This document shows, piece by piece, positions 61,719-64,000 of a DNA stretch of 64,000 nt. This DNA is from Bispira polyomma (lineage: Eukaryota). The notes below the pieces were generated by a model. That model was not told where the DNA came from, did not search any database, and saw only the letters and a list, made by a program, of their open reading frames with translations. A program made the position numbers and the translations under genes. The stretch spans positions 34,286,001 through 34,350,000 of the forward strand of contig OZ287748.1 of the NCBI GenBank assembly GCA_965649765.1, given 5' to 3'. Position 1 is the stretch's first letter, and the number at the start of each line of letters is the position of its first letter.

Positions 61719-64000
61719 TTATGTTAAAACTAGACATTAAACTCAAGGTAAATTAAAATCTAATAATACCTTGTATTTCAAGATCTGTTATTAACAGATT
61801 ATCAATTGACCTCTGGCAAGAATAGATCTTACTACTTCTACAAGCACGGTGTGATAAATTAATGATGTTATTTGAAGTTGCTCCCAGGTCATCTTTCTGA
61901 CAATCAATCGAGTCTTATGCAAGGCTAGGCAAGGGTATTAGCAATATTCTGTAAACACCAGAGATGAAGTCATTACCTGTTATAACATAAACCCCTTCCT
62001 CTAACAGAGCACCAAGTACCAGCTAGTATTTATCTCTGGTAACAGAGCAACACCGACAGTCATTTAGCAATTAACACAGTCATTTTTTTACAGCTGATGA
62101 AGAAGTTATTAAAGGTGGGCTTGTTTCATCTTTGTCAAGTGATGCTAAATAATACCAAAATTTAAGGGTGAAAAAGTAAATTTCTTCTTTTAAAAAAATC
62201 TTTATTTTTATGGTGGTTTCACAACTAGTTGAGAATGAGCTTATAAATATTAACTTGCACATATGTAATGTAACCTAAATAGCACAAATAAAACTAATAT
62301 TCACATAACTGTGAATAAAATATTGATGACAAAGTGAACTTAAACTTTTGGCCTACCCCAAACATGAATAGAGAATGGCCAAATAATGAAATAAGCTAAT
62401 GAAATTTAAGTTAGAATTTCAATGGCTAAAAACAAAGCAAAAATATCATTGGGAACAGGTTGATAAAGACAGGTGAAATTCATCTTCAGAAATTAAGCTT
62501 AGATTTAATGTATGAAATACTTATGTATAAAAAAAACTGTGTAGTACCACCCACTTTATTTAATGTATGAGTTGTTCCTCAAGTTTAAGTCTGCACTTAG
62601 CTTAAGGAGAATGGGGCTTGATGGCGACTGATAACAATGGGCTATAGCTCTAGCTATTAAAATAAGTAGTTGTTGAGTTAACTGGGCGTGAAGAGATGAC
62701 AGAACACTCAGTCTATGTCCTCCGTTCTATGTGATCTCCAATAACGTTCATAAAGACAACAAAAAAGGCCACCCTTTACGTCTGCTCCATTGTGATAATT
62801 ACATTCTGACTGTAATTATGAGCAATGTGTTGACTTCTTCATGTCAATCCTTCGAAGAACATCTTTGTATATAAACTACCAGCTATTATTGGTATTGATG
62901 AGCTTTTTGTTTGTACCAAAAATAGAAATCTTGACTTTCCAATATAGGTAAAGAATATTATAAGCATCTATGTCCTTATTTACATATTTGAAGTAAAATA
63001 ACCTATAGTCCACCCAGCAATGTTTAATAGATTAATAAATAAAATTTTGTGTAATAGACATAGTGTTGAAGAACCACCATTGGTTGGGAATATAGTAACA
63101 TTTTAGAATAAAATAAAATGAATGCTTGATAACTCGACTATGCATAGTATGAAGCTTATTGTTTTGTACAAAATATAATTACACACATATATACTAACTA
63201 GTTGAAGTTGCCATTTTTTTTCTGTTTTTAAAAATATTTATTTGTACTTTTTTTGTATGTTTGTGCTTGCTTTCGTTATTCATACAGCATGATTCATATT
63301 AATAAATAAATTAATTTTATGAAATAATTTTGTTAATTAGTTGCTAAATTTATGTTTTAATTTCCTTTTAATAATATATACACTTATTTCTTGTATTCTA
63401 ATTTATCTATAACACTGATCTTTTTGGGGTCATTAAAGTAATACCCATCCCATAATTATGAAGGGGATGGGGGTATCAAAATACCACAAATCTGCATTGT
63501 ATGGCCATGTTTTAAGAAGGCAATTTTATCAGTGGGATTTTAATGAGAGTTGAACACTCCTTGCATAATTTTAGATTGTCAAATAACACTGAACACCACA
63601 ATTATGAAAAAAAGGAAATTATTAAATTCCACATGTGATTAATAACTAGATATTACATCAGGTAAAGTATCAAATAGCAAATATAATATGATTCTGTTTT
63701 TATATTTTTTGTTATTAAAAATTGTGTGAAGGGCGTGTGGAGATGGTAAAGTAATCACACTTGTGCATCGGGGCAGAAAATGTTTCACTCCACTCAAAAT
63801 TCTCCATTTATTAATGAAATTGATAAATATCTGAGAGTTTTCTTGTGTGTGCAACAATTTCAATTGGTTTACAAAAAAAACTATAACCCATCTTGGACTT
63901 ATACTAATTAGAATAAATTTACTTGATGATATGATGGGGTCACGATAATTGAATGTTGGACCAGTGCACCAAAATTACTGTCTCTTGCAAACAATGAGGA

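Overview
AT-rich animal genomic DNA, probably a protostome and plausibly a lophotrochozoan such as an annelid (an inference from the Pou4 N-terminus and the repeat landscape). The window holds one host protein-coding gene, a class IV POU homeobox gene (Pou4/Brn3/acj6/unc-86) on the minus strand. It has two coding exons (26250-26119 and 22886-21759; 419 aa) separated by a 3232-bp phase-0 GT-AG intron; the ORF track captures only exon 2 from an internal Met. The rest is a gene desert of tRNA-derived SINEs, L2/CR1 LINE 3' fragments, Helentron/HINE-like elements, several MITEs, a 2.8-kb foldback-like element, a 46-bp minisatellite and one assembly gap. An open 177-codon ORF at the left edge looks like a retroelement ORF1/gag. 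The strongest unexplained signal is in the presumed Pou4 3'UTR. It contains a near-fully complementary miR-1 site (positions 2-17 paired with one G:U), two more miR-1 seed sites, and five miR-279-family seed sites, three of them within 50 bp. This suggests a post-transcriptional control module on a sensory-neuron selector gene. Convergent CTCF-like motifs and several candidate enhancers flank the gene. All calls were made by eye; repeat boundaries are approximate, and miRNA sequences are from memory of conserved families.
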